From positions 110,655 to 174,654 of the forward strand of contig CAVULL010000022.1 in assembly GCA_963742335.1 (NCBI GenBank): a stretch of 64,000 nucleotides of DNA. The letters are read 5' to 3'. Position 1 is the stretch's first letter, and each line of letters opens with the position of its first letter. Made by a program: the position numbers and the translations under genes. Shown here one piece after another: positions 1 through 10,548 of the stretch. A model generated the notes under the pieces. That model made no database searches, had not been told where the DNA came from, and saw nothing but the letters and a program-made list of their open reading frames with translations. This stretch comes from an uncultured Verrucomicrobiae bacterium (GTDB taxonomy: Bacteria; Verrucomicrobiota; Verrucomicrobiia; Chthoniobacterales; JAFAMB01).

Positions 1-2927
1 TGCCCGCGCCGCGCGACAAGGCGGCGGACAGATTCCGCCCCTGACCCGGGAGATCGAATTGCGAAGTTGCGTCGCCGAACTGACCGCCTTGCTGGTACAG
101 ATGAATGAAAGCGAGGATGATTTGCTCCGGGCAGAATCGGCCACCGCTCGAGAAAGCGGCGCCAGAACAATTTCCATCGTTGTGCTTGGAGGCGGCTTTT
201 CAACTCTCGTCGTTCTGCTGGCCATCGTGATTTTGCGCCGCGACCTCGCCGAAACGAAGGCGAGCGGAGGAGGCGTTGCGCAGGCGAGAAGCTGAGCTCC
301 GAGACGCGCAACGGGTGGCCAGCGTCGGCAGCTGGGAATGGATCGTCGAAACGGGCACATTCACCTGGTCCGAGGAGCTTTACCATATCGCCGGCGGCAA
401 GCCCGAAGAAGCTCCGCCCAATTACGAGGAATTGCCACAGACGCTGACCCCGCAGAGTTGGTCGCATCTCAGAGCCGGCGATGGATCGTCGCTTTGAAAA
501 CCGGACTATCCCTACGAACTTGACCTTGAGATGATTCGTCCGGATGGAACGACCGATGGATCGCCGCGCGAGGCGAAGCGGTGCGCGATCCAGACGATCA
601 GATCACAAAGATTCGCGGCACCGTTCAAGACATCACCGAACGCAAGCGAGCCGCCGAAGAGATCCAGGATCTCTACGATCACGCCCCCTGCGGCTATGAC
701 TCGATTGACGAGAACGGTCAATCTTCCTTCGCATCAACGAGACGGAACTCTCCTGGCTCGGCTATACCCATGCCGAACTGGTCGGCAGGAAAAGGTTCCA
801 GGATCTTCTGACTGATGAAAGCAAGAGGATCTTTGAACAAGAGCTTCCCGCAGGCAAAGACAGAAGGGCACCTCAAGGATCTGGAACTTGAAATGGTTCG
901 CAAGGACGGGACGATCCTGCAGGTGTTACTGAGCTCCACGGTCGTCAAGGATAAGAACAGCGATTCATTCGTGACCCGAACAACCCTCTATGATGTTACG
1001 GAAAGGAAACAAGTCGCTGAGCAACTGAGGCTCTTTAGCGAGCGTCTGACTCTGGCCACCAGGGCTGCTTCGATCGGCGTATGGGACTGGGACTTGAGGA
1101 CGAATCAGGTTTATTGGGACGAAAAAATGTTCGAAATCTACGGATTGCCCGAGCTCGAACTCCGATGCCATACGAAGACATGGCTGCAAACCGTCCATCC
1201 GGACGACTTGGCCCGGGTGATGGAATTTCGCAAGTCGATCGTGGCGAACAAGAGGCCACGGAGCGATTGATTTCCGGATCGCCAGGCAAGAATGGCTCGC
1301 TGCGCTACATCCAGGGCGCCGAATGCGTGGTGCTCAATGAAAAGCAGGAAGTGATCCGGGTTCTGGGCGTCGAACATCGACGTCACGGAACGCAAGAAGA
1401 TGGAGCACAAGATTCAAGAGCAGGCCAATCTGCTCGGTCTCGCCAGCGACGCGATCATCGTTCGCGGACTGGACGAGGAGATCCAATACTGGAACAAGAG
1501 CGCAGAACGGCTTTATGGCTGGACGGCAGAGGAAGCCATTGGCGTTGATTTCACGAAAATTGCCGCCGAAGACCCCGCGTTGTTCGAGGCGGCAAAGGAG
1601 ATTCTGCTGGAAAAGAGGTGAATGGTCTGGAGAGGTCCGTAAAACCACCAAAGCGGGGAACGAGTCGTCATCGTGGAAAGCCGATGGACTCTTGCTGCTG
1701 GATGATCTGCGCAATCCGAGATCGATCTTGGCGATCGACACGGATATCACCGAGAAAAAACAGATGGAAGCGCTCTTTCTGCGCAACCAGCGCCTCGAAA
1801 GTATCGGTCAACTGGCCGGCGGCATCGCGCACGATCTCAACAACATTCTCGCCCCGATCTTAATGGGCGCCCAGATGCTTCGCCAAAACGCGGATGAACC
1901 GGACAGTCCCTTCATCCTCGCGCACCATCGAGACAAATGCGCAGCGCGGAGCCGAAATCGTCAAGCAAGTCGTCGCGTTTGCCAGAGGAGTCGACGGGAA
2001 ACGCGTTCTCTTGCAGGCCCGCTATGTGCTCGCGGAGATCTGCGGCATCATTCGTGAGACCTTTCCCAGATCCATCGCTCTGAAGATCGAGCAACAACAA
2101 AATCTCTGGACAATCATGGGCGACGCCACGCAACTGCATCAAATCCTGCTCAATCTGGCCGTCAACGCCCGGGACGCGATGCCTCACGGAGGAACCTTGA
2201 CCGTGGCAGCCGAAAACCTGTTGCTCGATCAGGCTGGTGCCTCACTGAGACCCGGACTCGAACCGGGGCCGCATGTGCTGTTCAAAATCTCGGACACCGG
2301 AACAGGTATAGCGCCTGATATCGCCGATAAGATCTTCGATCCCTTTTTTACCAATAAGGGACCGGACAAAGGATCGGGATTGGGCTTATCGACCGTGATG
2401 GGCATCGTGAAAAGCCACAAAGGACACGTCGAGTTCGATAGCAAAGTCGGGGCCGGAACGGAATTCCGGGTTTACCTCCCGGCTGAGCCGGGATTGCCCC
2501 GGTTGACGCCGGTCCAGGCAGGGAACGAGCGATTGAGCCTCCTCCGAAAGGGCATGGTGAACTAATTCTCATCGTCGACGATGAAGAGGCGGTACGATCA
2601 GTGACGAAGCGAATTCTTGAATCAAATGGATATCGGACTCTCCTTGCCAGCCAGGGAACCGAAGCAGTTGCGTGTTACGTAGAGAAAGGATACGAGATTA
2701 GCGTGGTCCTGACAGATTTGCATATGCCGGATATGGGCGGAGTGGAGGCCATCGCCGTGCTTCGGCAAATGAATCCCAGCGTCAAAATCATCGTCGTCAC
2801 CGGCGCCGGTTCCGCTCTTGGGGCGCCCAGCCCGGAGGAAATGGGCGTTCAAGCCTACATTAAGAAGCCTTTCGATGTGGCTCACTTGCTGGTGACGTTG
2901 AACAATGTATTGCAAGGGAAAAACTCT
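1..2927 (+). pseudogene. Hybrid PAS/PAC sensor histidine kinase with C-terminal receiver domain. The reading frame is broken about 11 times and the 5' end lies off-window.
   Basis: ORF-track pieces 59-295 (TM segment), 276-497, 581-811, 815-1270 and 1400-1621 carry PAS/PAC-type repeats ending in '..D(I/V)TERK..'. Piece 1515-2057 has the H-box 'GGIAHDLNNIL'. Piece 1894-2565 has HATPase_c boxes 'LNLAVNARDAM', 'DTGTGI' and 'GSGLGLS'. The frame of 2601 gives a receiver domain 'LILIVDDEE..TDLHMPDMGG..KKPF'. The pieces are collinear in protein order but lie in different frames. Confidence 0.8.
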
Positions 2928-2930
2928 TCG

Positions 2931-3552
2931 ATGAAATCTTATATCGCGCTTGGCGCAATTTTACTCGTGATCCTCAATGCCTTGCTCCTGCTTCCGGCGA
3001 CAGGGAGCTCACACTGTTCCGATTTCCGTTCTGGCATCTTCCTGGCGATCCTCGTTCTGGTGTTTTCCCTCATCGGCGGAAAAGGCGATACGCCCGTAAC
3101 AATCCGTCCAGACGGCGATCCCGGCGCCCGTCCCGGTTGCCGTTCAGCCTCCAGCGCCGGTCGGTAACCAAGCCGAGGCGGAGGTAGTGGCATTCTTCGG
3201 CCTGCTCCAGGAAAAGGGTCGACTGGTGGATTTTCTGATGGAGGATGTGACCCTCTACGAGGACGCAGAAGTGGGCGCCGCCGCGCGGGTGATCCATCAG
3301 GGATGTCGGCAAGTTCTTCAGGAATATTTCAAAATTTCTGCCATCTCCGACGCCCAGGAAGGCACCCAAGTTACTGTACCGACAGGTTATTCCACGGACG
3401 AGTACCGACTGGTCGGAAAACTCACTGGGGAACCACCCTTCACAGGAACGCTTCTCCACAAAGGTTGGAAGACCGAATCCGTAAAACTCCCGCGAATCGT
3501 GGCCAGGGAACGATTGCCCTCCATCGCGCCCGCCGAAGTCGAACTCAAGTGA
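2931..3552 (+). pseudogene. DUF2760-family protein (TM helix, Pro/Ala linker, DUF2760 core) with one frameshift at about 3100-3165
   Basis: 'MKSYIALGAILLVILNALLLL' lies in the frame of 2601. In the frame of 3187 the sequence reads 'PAPVPVAVQPPAPV..EAEVVAFFGLLQEKGRLVDFLMEDV..HQGCRQVL', which I recognise as the DUF2760 pattern. This family typically neighbours atypical Hsp70 genes. Confidence 0.6.
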
Positions 3553-3598
3553 CTTGCGTGGTATTCCTCGATTCTCACGACAACTTCAATCCCATCAA

Positions 3599-5446
3599 AT
3601 GAGTACACGTTTTAGCCTGGGGATTGACCTGGGCACCAGCAACAGCGCAATTGCCATCGAGGATTTCGTCAGCGGCCGGAACGATATTATCCAGATCACT
3701 CAGGTCCTCGGCCCAAACCAGATCGGCGAAAAATCAACGCTTCCGTCTGCTCTCTATATTCCGCACCCGGACGAGTTTTCAAAGGATGGGATGCGATTGC
3801 CATGGTCAAAAGGTACCGGCGAACCGATCGTTGGCCATTTTGCCCGGGATCACGGCGCACTGGTTCCTGACCGGTTGATCACTTCGGCCAAGTCGTGGCT
3901 TTCGAATTTTCACATCGATCCAAAGAAACCGGTTCTACCGTGGAAATCCGATATCAAAGAGCAGAAGCTTTCTGCGTTCGACTGTTCGCGTCGCTATCTC
4001 GAACACATGAAGGAAGGCTTCCTTTATACGGAATCCAACCAGGGCCACGCCTGGGATCTCGCAGAAGGTCAGATCGTGGTAACCGTTCCGGCTTCCTTTG
4101 ACGAAATCGCGCGGAATCTGACCGCCGCCGCCGCTGAAGAGGCCGGCTTCGGCAAGGTCGTCTTGCTCGAAGAACCGCAGGCCGCATTTTACGCCTGGAC
4201 AGCTCAAGCCGGTAGCAGTTGGCGAACCCAGGTCAGCCGCGGCGATATCGTTCTGGTCTGCGACGTTGGAGGCGGCACCGCCGATTTCAGTCTGATTGCC
4301 GTAACCGAAAAGGATGGCAATCTCGAGGTGGAACGCATCAGCGTCGGTGAGCACATCCTTCTCGGAGGCGACAACATGGATCTGGCGCTCGCTTACACAC
4401 TGCAAGCGCAATTGGAAGCCGCCGGAAAGTCGATCGATTCGTGGCAGTTTCTCGCCCTGATGCACGCCGCCGGCATCGCCAAAGTTCAAGCTTTTCACCG
4501 ACCTGTCACTTGAGCAGTGCCCGCTCGCGGTTCCCTCTCGCGGGTCGAGTTTGCTTGCCAAGACCCTTTCCACAAAACTGAGCCGCGCGACCCTCGAGGA
4601 GGTCATCCTGGACGGGCTTTTTCCCGCTGACCAAAGTGACCGATCTGCCGCAGGAATCCAGAAGCGCCGGCCTCCAGGAGTTCGGTCTCCCCTATGCGTC
4701 AGAACCGGTCGTCAGCAAGCATCTCGCCCGCTTCTTGACCCGAAGCCTGATCAATGTCAAAGCCAGCGAAACACTGACCGCGCTCGTTCGGATCACGTCC
4801 CGAGGCACTGGAAGGCGACTACCTCAAACCGACGGCCGTCCTTTTCAACGGCGGGGTTTTCAACGCGGCTCCAATCCGGAAGCGCGTGCTCGGATCTTCT
4901 CATTTCGTGGGGCAAAGGGGCTCCAGTTCGCGAACTTGCAGGATTTCAACCGGATTTGGCCGTCGCCAAAGGAGCAGCGCTATACGGTCACAATCGCGCG
5001 ACGGGACAAGGTATCCGGATCAAAGCAGGTACCGCCCGTTCGTATTACATCGGACTTGAATCTTCGGCACCGGCGATCCCGGGATTTAAGCCACCGATAA
5101 AGGCCCTTTGCGTGGTGCCGCAGGGCATGGAGGAAGGCAGCGAACTACTGATCGATGAACGAGAATTCGGACTGATCACCGGACAACCGGCTGATTTCCG
5201 CTTCTTCGCTTCCGAAGTCCGCAGCGGAGATGCGCCCGGTGCAATCATCGCAAACCCGGAACGCGAACTCGAAGAAACCGGCAAAATCGAAGTTACGTTG
5301 CCCGCAGTAGAGGGATTTCCGGAAGGTCAGGCGATCCCGGTGGTCATCAATCCGATCGTTACCGAGCTAGGAAATCTCGAGCTCTGGATGAAGCACACTG
5401 GTCAGATCGTCGTTGGAAGGTCGAATACCAGGTCCGGATGGAATAA
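3599..5446 (+). pseudogene. Atypical Hsp70-family ATPase, about 615 aa if repaired, with at least 5 frame changes
   Basis: Actin-fold ATPase motifs are present: 'FSLGIDLGTSNSAIA', 'VVTVPASFDE', 'LLEEPQAAFYAW', 'VLVCDVGGGTADFSL' and 'LLGGDNMDLALA'. The protein continues through track pieces 4551- and 4636- plus a third frame ('PTAVLFNGGVFNAAPIRKRVL'). It ends 'DRRWKVEYQVRME*' with the stop at 5444-5446. Confidence 0.75.
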
Positions 5447-5467
5447 GGTGCGTGCCGGTCCCGTTTG

Positions 5468-8270
5468 ATGGCTCATAATCGCAATTCAGCATTGGCATCG
5501 ATCTTGGCACGACGAATTGTGCCATGGCATTCGAGGAACTCGGCTCCGCCGTCGCGCCAGCGCGAGGTGCTCCTCATCTCGCAATGGGAGAACACTGCGC
5601 GATTTTCTGAAGCGTCTACTTTGCCTTCATTTCTTTACCTCCTGTCGCAGGACGAAGCCGCGCAAATGTCGGACCAAACCACCTTGCGCGCGGAATGGGT
5701 TCCCGGCCGCTTCGCCAGAACACGGGCGGCGGAATCGCCTGGTCGCGTCGTGCATTCCGCAAAATCGTGGCTGTGCCATCACAGCGTCGATCGAAACGCT
5801 TCGTTCTTGCCCTGGCGTTCAGATGAAATCCCGTCGAAAAACGAATATCGCCCATCCGCGCTTCCGCTTTGCTACTTGCATACCTGCGCGCGGCATGGGA
5901 CGCCAGGTTTGCCGGCGAAAGACTGCGGTTCGACGAACAGGAAATTACGATTACCGTTCCGGCCTCTTTTGACGCAGCGGCCCAAAGGCTCACTCTGGAC
6001 GCCGCGCGAGAGGCCGGTTTTCCTGACAGGTGTCCGTTTGCTGGAGGAACCACAGGCAGCATTTTACTGGTGGCTGGAACGGACCATCGGAAGAAAGTGC
6101 CGTCTCGAAACGAGCTCTCCAGCACCGAGGTGCAACATGTCCTGGTCATCGACATTGGCGGGGGCACGACCGACTTCACTCTCTTTGAGATTACTCCCGG
6201 ATCGAACCCTCCGCTGCCGCAGATCAAGCGGGTCGCCGTAAGTGATCACCTCCTTCTCGGAGGCGACAATATCGATCTGGCCATTGCCCATCGGATCGAA
6301 TCGCGCCTGCCGGCGCACGAGCCGCTTTCCGAGGTTCAGTGGAATTTCCTGGTCGCCCGCTGCCGTGACATCAAAGAACGCTGCCTCTCAGATTCCTCTA
6401 GTCACTCATTTACGGTGTCAGTACCCGGACGCGGATCGAGCCTGCTCGGGCGGACACTCGGCGCTCAGATCGAGCGAGCAGAGATCGAGTCGATTGTGCT
6501 CGACGGATTTTTCCCCGAATGTCATTTGCGATGACCAACCTGCCAGGACTCAGGCGGGATTGAGAGAGTGGGCGCTGCCTTATGCAGCGGACAGCGCGGT
6601 CACTCGATACCTGGCAGACTTTCTGCGAGATCGGCCGGTTGTCGATGCCATCCTGTTTAACGGGGGATCGCTCTATCCAGAGGCACTGCGCCGCCGTTTG
6701 CAAAAGCAGATCGCTCGATGGCAACATGGCTCCGAGCCGCAGCTCCTAGAGAATCCGGAGCCAAGTCTCGCCGTTGCCCGAGGGGCCGCTCATTTCGGCA
6801 GTATCGTTCATCGCCGCGCTCAGCGGATCGAAGCAGGCGCGGCGCGCGCAATCTATTTGGAAGTCCACCAAACAGAGACTCGAAAACAGACGTTCGCGGT
6901 CCTCTCCTGATTTGTATCCTGCCCGCGGGCGCCCCATCAGAGGAAGAATTCCAGGTTTCTCCAGATGGTCTCGAACTCCGTCTCAATCGTCCAGTCCGGT
7001 TTCAGGCCTACTATTCGACCCGGCGCACCAGGGATCAAGCAGGTTCCGTCGTACCCTGGAATGATCGCGATTTCCACCGCTCTCCCGCCATTCCAGACGA
7101 CCGCCAGACTTGGTCGAGACCTGATCGAGAGAGTGACCGGCTTCCGGTGACTCTCACTGCTCGCATCAACGAACTCGGCTTGCTCCGCGTTGCCTGCGTC
7201 AGCACAGATCTCGATGCTCAAGGAATCTGGCCACTCGAATTTGATCTTCGTCCGCACGAATCGGGCCTCACGAAAAATTCCGGTCGGGATGCCTACCGAA
7301 ACCGTCCAGATGGACGCCGGAGTTGATCCCGACCGACTGCAGCGCAGCAGATGCCCGGATCACGACCCTGTTTGCCCGACCTCTCGAGAGACGGGACAAA
7401 ATCTCAGCGGCCAACCTTCTTAAGAGCCTTGAACAAATCCTCGGCAAACCAAAAGCCGATTGGAATTATCTGCTGATCCGCTCGCTCTGGCAGTTCGCTC
7501 GAAGACATGCTTCTCCGAGTCGGCAAAGAGTCTGTCGACCACGAAGAAACCTGGCTGATTCTCGCCGGGTTATTTTCTGCGACCTGGATTCGGAGCAGTG
7601 GGCGACGAAACGCGGATCGACAAACTCTGGAGGATTCATACGGAGGGTCTCGCCTACCCTGGCAAACGGAACCAGCTGCAAACTTATATCCTCTGGCGAC
7701 GGGTCTCCGGCGGTCTGACCAGCGAAAGACAGGAGGCAATTCTAGCCCCAGAGTTGTCCAGAGTTGCGCGCGCGAAGCAATCCGTCCGCAGAGCTTGTCC
7801 GACTCGCCGGATCGCTCGAAAGAATTAACGTGGTCACCAAGTCCGACCTCCTCGACGAGTTCCTCCAGGCCGCTCGTGAGCTCGCCCTAAAGAAACAACA
7901 TGCCACGCCACACCTCGCCGCTCTCGGACTTCTGCTCAATCGCAGCCTTTTCTACGCCGAACCCCAGTTCGTTCTTCCGCCGATTCACGTTGAAAAGGCG
8001 TACGAAGCGCTTTCCGATCTCGACTGGTCGGATTCGCTGCTGGTCGAAATCCAGACCCTTTTTCTCCGCGCCGGACGCCTCGTAAACGACCCGAAAATCG
8101 ATTTACCAAAGTCTTTACGCGAAAAAATCGTTTCGAAACTGCAAAAAACGAGCGTCTCTCCTTCCAAAGTCGCCAGATTAAGAACGTTCGTCCCCGTCGC
8201 TCTGTCCGATCGAGCCAGTCTCTTTGGCGAATCGCTGCCTCCCGGTCTGGTGATCGCCGGGGAAACCTAG
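5468..8270 (+). pseudogene. Second, long atypical Hsp70-family protein, about 930 aa if repaired, with at least 10 frame changes
   Basis: Motifs 'FSIGIDLGTTNCAMAF', 'ITITVPASFDAAAQ', 'VRLLEEPQAAFYWW', 'VLVIDIGGGTTDFTLFEI' and 'LLLGGDNIDLAIA' are spread over frames of track ORFs 5465-, 5869-, 6242-, 6718-, 7323-, 7507-, 7598- and 7764-. A long non-Hsp70 C-terminal extension ends at 8270. Confidence 0.7.
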
Positions 8271-8381
8271 TGCACCGTCTCCCTGTCACGACGAATTTTA
8301 TCGGGAACCAAATTTATCAGCCCGCTGATGGTTGCACGCCCGGTCCCCAGCGGCGAAGAGTTTATCTCGGAGAATAGAACG

Positions 8382-9362
8382 ATGGATTACCTACCTCTTG
8401 GAAATACCGGCTTGAAAGTTTCACGCATTTGTCTGGGCTGCATGAGCTACGGATCGAAAAAATGGCGAGATTGGATTTTGGAAGAATCGGATGCGCTGCC
8501 GTTTTTCAGGCAGGCTCTCGATGCAGGAATCAACTTTTTTGATACCGCTGACATTTATTCCTCGGGTGCAAGTGAGGAGGTCACTGGGCGGGCTTTGAAA
8601 AAGCTCGGCGTCAAGCGCGAGCAGGCGGTGATCGCTACGAAGGTTTATAATCCGATGGGCGACACTCAAAACGAACGGGGTACTTCGAAAAAGCACATCA
8701 AGCACGCGATCGATGCCAGCTTGAAACGCTTAGGCGTCGACTACGTGGACCTTTATCAAATTCATCGCTACGACGAGACTACGCCGATGGAGGAGACTCT
8801 GGAAGCGTTGACCGATGTGATCAACCAGGGAAAGGCTCTTTATATTGGTGCTTCCAGTATGTACGCCTGGCAATTTGCCAAGTTTTTGTATCTAGCCGAT
8901 CGGCACGGTTACGCCCGGTTTGTTTCCATGCAAAACCACTACAATCTGGTCTACCGGGAAGAAGAGCGTGAAATGAATCCACTTTGTCGGGCCGAAGGAA
9001 TTGGATTAATTCCCTGGAGTCCCCTCGCTCGCGGGTTCCTGGCGGGCAATCGGCGATCAGAAGATAAAGGCGAAACGGTCCGCGCAAAATCAGATCAATT
9101 TGCCCATGGTCTTTATTACAAAGAGGACGACTTCCAGGTAGTCGACCATGTGACCGAAATAGCAAAAAAACGCGGCGTCTCAAACGCCCAGGTTGCATTG
9201 GCTTGGATCCTTCATCAACCCGGGGTGACCTCCCCGATCATCGGTGCGACAAAAACCCATCATATCGAGGATGCAATAAAAGGCGCCGACCTCAAGTTGA
9301 CCGAGGAAGAACTCGCGTATCTGGGGGCTCCCTACAAACCGCATCCGATCCTGGGTCACTGA
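8382..9362 (+). CDS. Aldo/keto reductase
   Basis: 'MDYLPLGNTGLKVSRICLGCMSYG..INFFDTADIYS..VDLYQIHRYD' is a typical AKR signature. The ORF is intact and the ATG lies at 8382. Confidence 0.85.
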   Translation: MDYLPLGNTGLKVSRICLGCMSYGSKKWRDWILEESDALPFFRQALDAGINFFDTADIYSSGASEEVTGRALKKLGVKREQAVIATKVYNPMGDTQNERGTSKKHIKHAIDASLKRLGVDYVDLYQIHRYDETTPMEETLEALTDVINQGKALYIGASSMYAWQFAKFLYLADRHGYARFVSMQNHYNLVYREEEREMNPLCRAEGIGLIPWSPLARGFLAGNRRSEDKGETVRAKSDQFAHGLYYKEDDFQVVDHVTEIAKKRGVSNAQVALAWILHQPGVTSPIIGATKTHHIEDAIKGADLKLTEEELAYLGAPYKPHPILGH

Positions 9363-9381
9363 AGCATCCCTCCTGAATCCC

Positions 9382-9795
9382 TCAGCCTTCGCCTCGAGCC
9401 GGAACGACTTTGCAGCCAGGAATTTCACGAAGCAATCGTTCCGGTCCGGCAGGAGAATAAACGACGATCAGATTGAGCGGTCCCGCTCCGGTGTTGAGTG
9501 TCGAATGGTAAACGTCTGCCGGAATATAGATGCTTGAACCAGGGCCAACGGCAATAGGGGGTCGATCGTCCACCATTTGTTCACCTTGTCCTGAGACGAC
9601 GTAAATAATTTCCTCCGAGCCTGGGTGATTGTGTCTGGCGTGCCCTTTGCCTTCGGCTAGTTCAACAAGACCAAAGCTGAAACGACTTGCTCCCGTAACC
9701 GCAGGCTCGCTCAGGAATTGAATCTTGCCCCAGTCGAACTCCAGACTATCGACATCTTGTGTGGTAGTGATAACGCCAGAACCAGATTTTTGCAT
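9382..9795 (-). CDS. Cupin domain protein
   Basis: 'GHARHNHPGSEEIIYVVSGQG..IYIPADVYH' is the cupin two-motif pattern. The ORF is 137 aa and intact. Confidence 0.75.
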   Translation of the reverse strand: MQKSGSGVITTTQDVDSLEFDWGKIQFLSEPAVTGASRFSFGLVELAEGKGHARHNHPGSEEIIYVVSGQGEQMVDDRPPIAVGPGSSIYIPADVYHSTLNTGAGPLNLIVVYSPAGPERLLREIPGCKVVPARGEG

Positions 9796-9870
9796 AGGGG
9801 TGTTCTCTTCGTTTACCTGGAATATCAGCTGGAATCAAACCAATAACATCCCTGAAGCGGGCCGTCGTCG

Positions 9871-9931
9871 TAAGCGAAGCGGCTCGCTTTGCTTCTTTCC
9901 AGGACGGGAGCAAACCGGGACGGTTCGCTTA
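9871..9931. repeat. REP-like palindromic element, copy 1 (arm A, 17-nt spacer, arm B)
   Basis: TAAGCGAAGCGGCTCGCTTTGC (9871-9892) and GCAAACCGGGACGGTTCGCTTA (9910-9931) are near-perfect inverted repeats. The same element recurs at 44168-44224 and 62401-62458, and a half copy lies at 27266-27287. Confidence 0.85.
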
Positions 9932-10485
9932 CTTTGCTAATTAAGACCAGTTCGAACACAGTTGCTCTGGCGCTGAACCTGGTGCCCTTCGCAGGCATAG
10001 CCTTCTTGTGGTTCATCGGCGTGCTGCGCGACCGCCTGGGAGAACTTGAAGACCGCTTCTTTGCCACCATCTTTCTCGGCAGCGGGCTTTTGTTCCTCGC
10101 CATGCTGTTCGCCTCAGCCGCCGTGGTGGGCGGAATCATCATAGCCTATGCTGCTAGGCCCGAAGGGCTGCTCAACTCGTCGACGTTTACCTTCGCCCGC
10201 GCCGTAACCTACGAGATCATGAACCTCTACGCGGTCAAGATGGCGGCGGTGTTCATGATCTCTACGTCCACGCTCGCGATCCGAACCGGTATCACCCCGC
10301 GCTGGATTGCGTTCCTCGGCTTTGCTTGCGCGCTGCTTCTCCTGCTCAGCGGGCGCTATACTGAGTGGATTTTACTGGTCTTCCCGCTGTGGGTGCTCTT
10401 GATCAGCATCTATATCCTGATTGATAATAATCTCCGGCGGCCGTCTCAACCCACGGCGACAAGCCCGGGACAAACAAATTCTTAG
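9889..10485 (+). CDS. Multi-pass membrane protein of unknown function. The 5' end overlaps the palindromic repeat, so the gene may be N-terminally truncated.
   Basis: The protein has 5-6 hydrophobic helices ('LVPFAGIAFLWFIGVL', 'LLFLAMLFASAAVVGGIIIA', 'WIAFLGFACALLLLLSG', 'LLVFPLWVLLISIYILI'). Its first ~15 codons are repeat sequence. Confidence 0.5.
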   Translation: MLLSRTGANRDGSLTLLIKTSSNTVALALNLVPFAGIAFLWFIGVLRDRLGELEDRFFATIFLGSGLLFLAMLFASAAVVGGIIIAYAARPEGLLNSSTFTFARAVTYEIMNLYAVKMAAVFMISTSTLAIRTGITPRWIAFLGFACALLLLLSGRYTEWILLVFPLWVLLISIYILIDNNLRRPSQPTATSPGQTNS

Positions 10486-10548
10486 AAGATGGAGCGAGCC
10501 ATTCTCTCACAAAATAGACGTCTTCTGACGCAAACACCCCCAAAAAAT

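Noticed and set aside
3935-6227. Long antisense ORFs 3935-4606 and 5616-6227 (minus strand) across the Hsp70-like genes
   Set aside because: They mirror the sense-strand Hsp70 coding sequence, have no motifs and show Arg/Ser/Gly-rich composition. These are typical shadow ORFs opposite GC-rich genes.
1-8270. Programmed ribosomal frameshifting as the explanation for the frame changes
   Set aside because: There are far too many shifts (about 25), in both directions. They occur at ordinary short homopolymers, with no slippery heptamers and no stimulatory structures.
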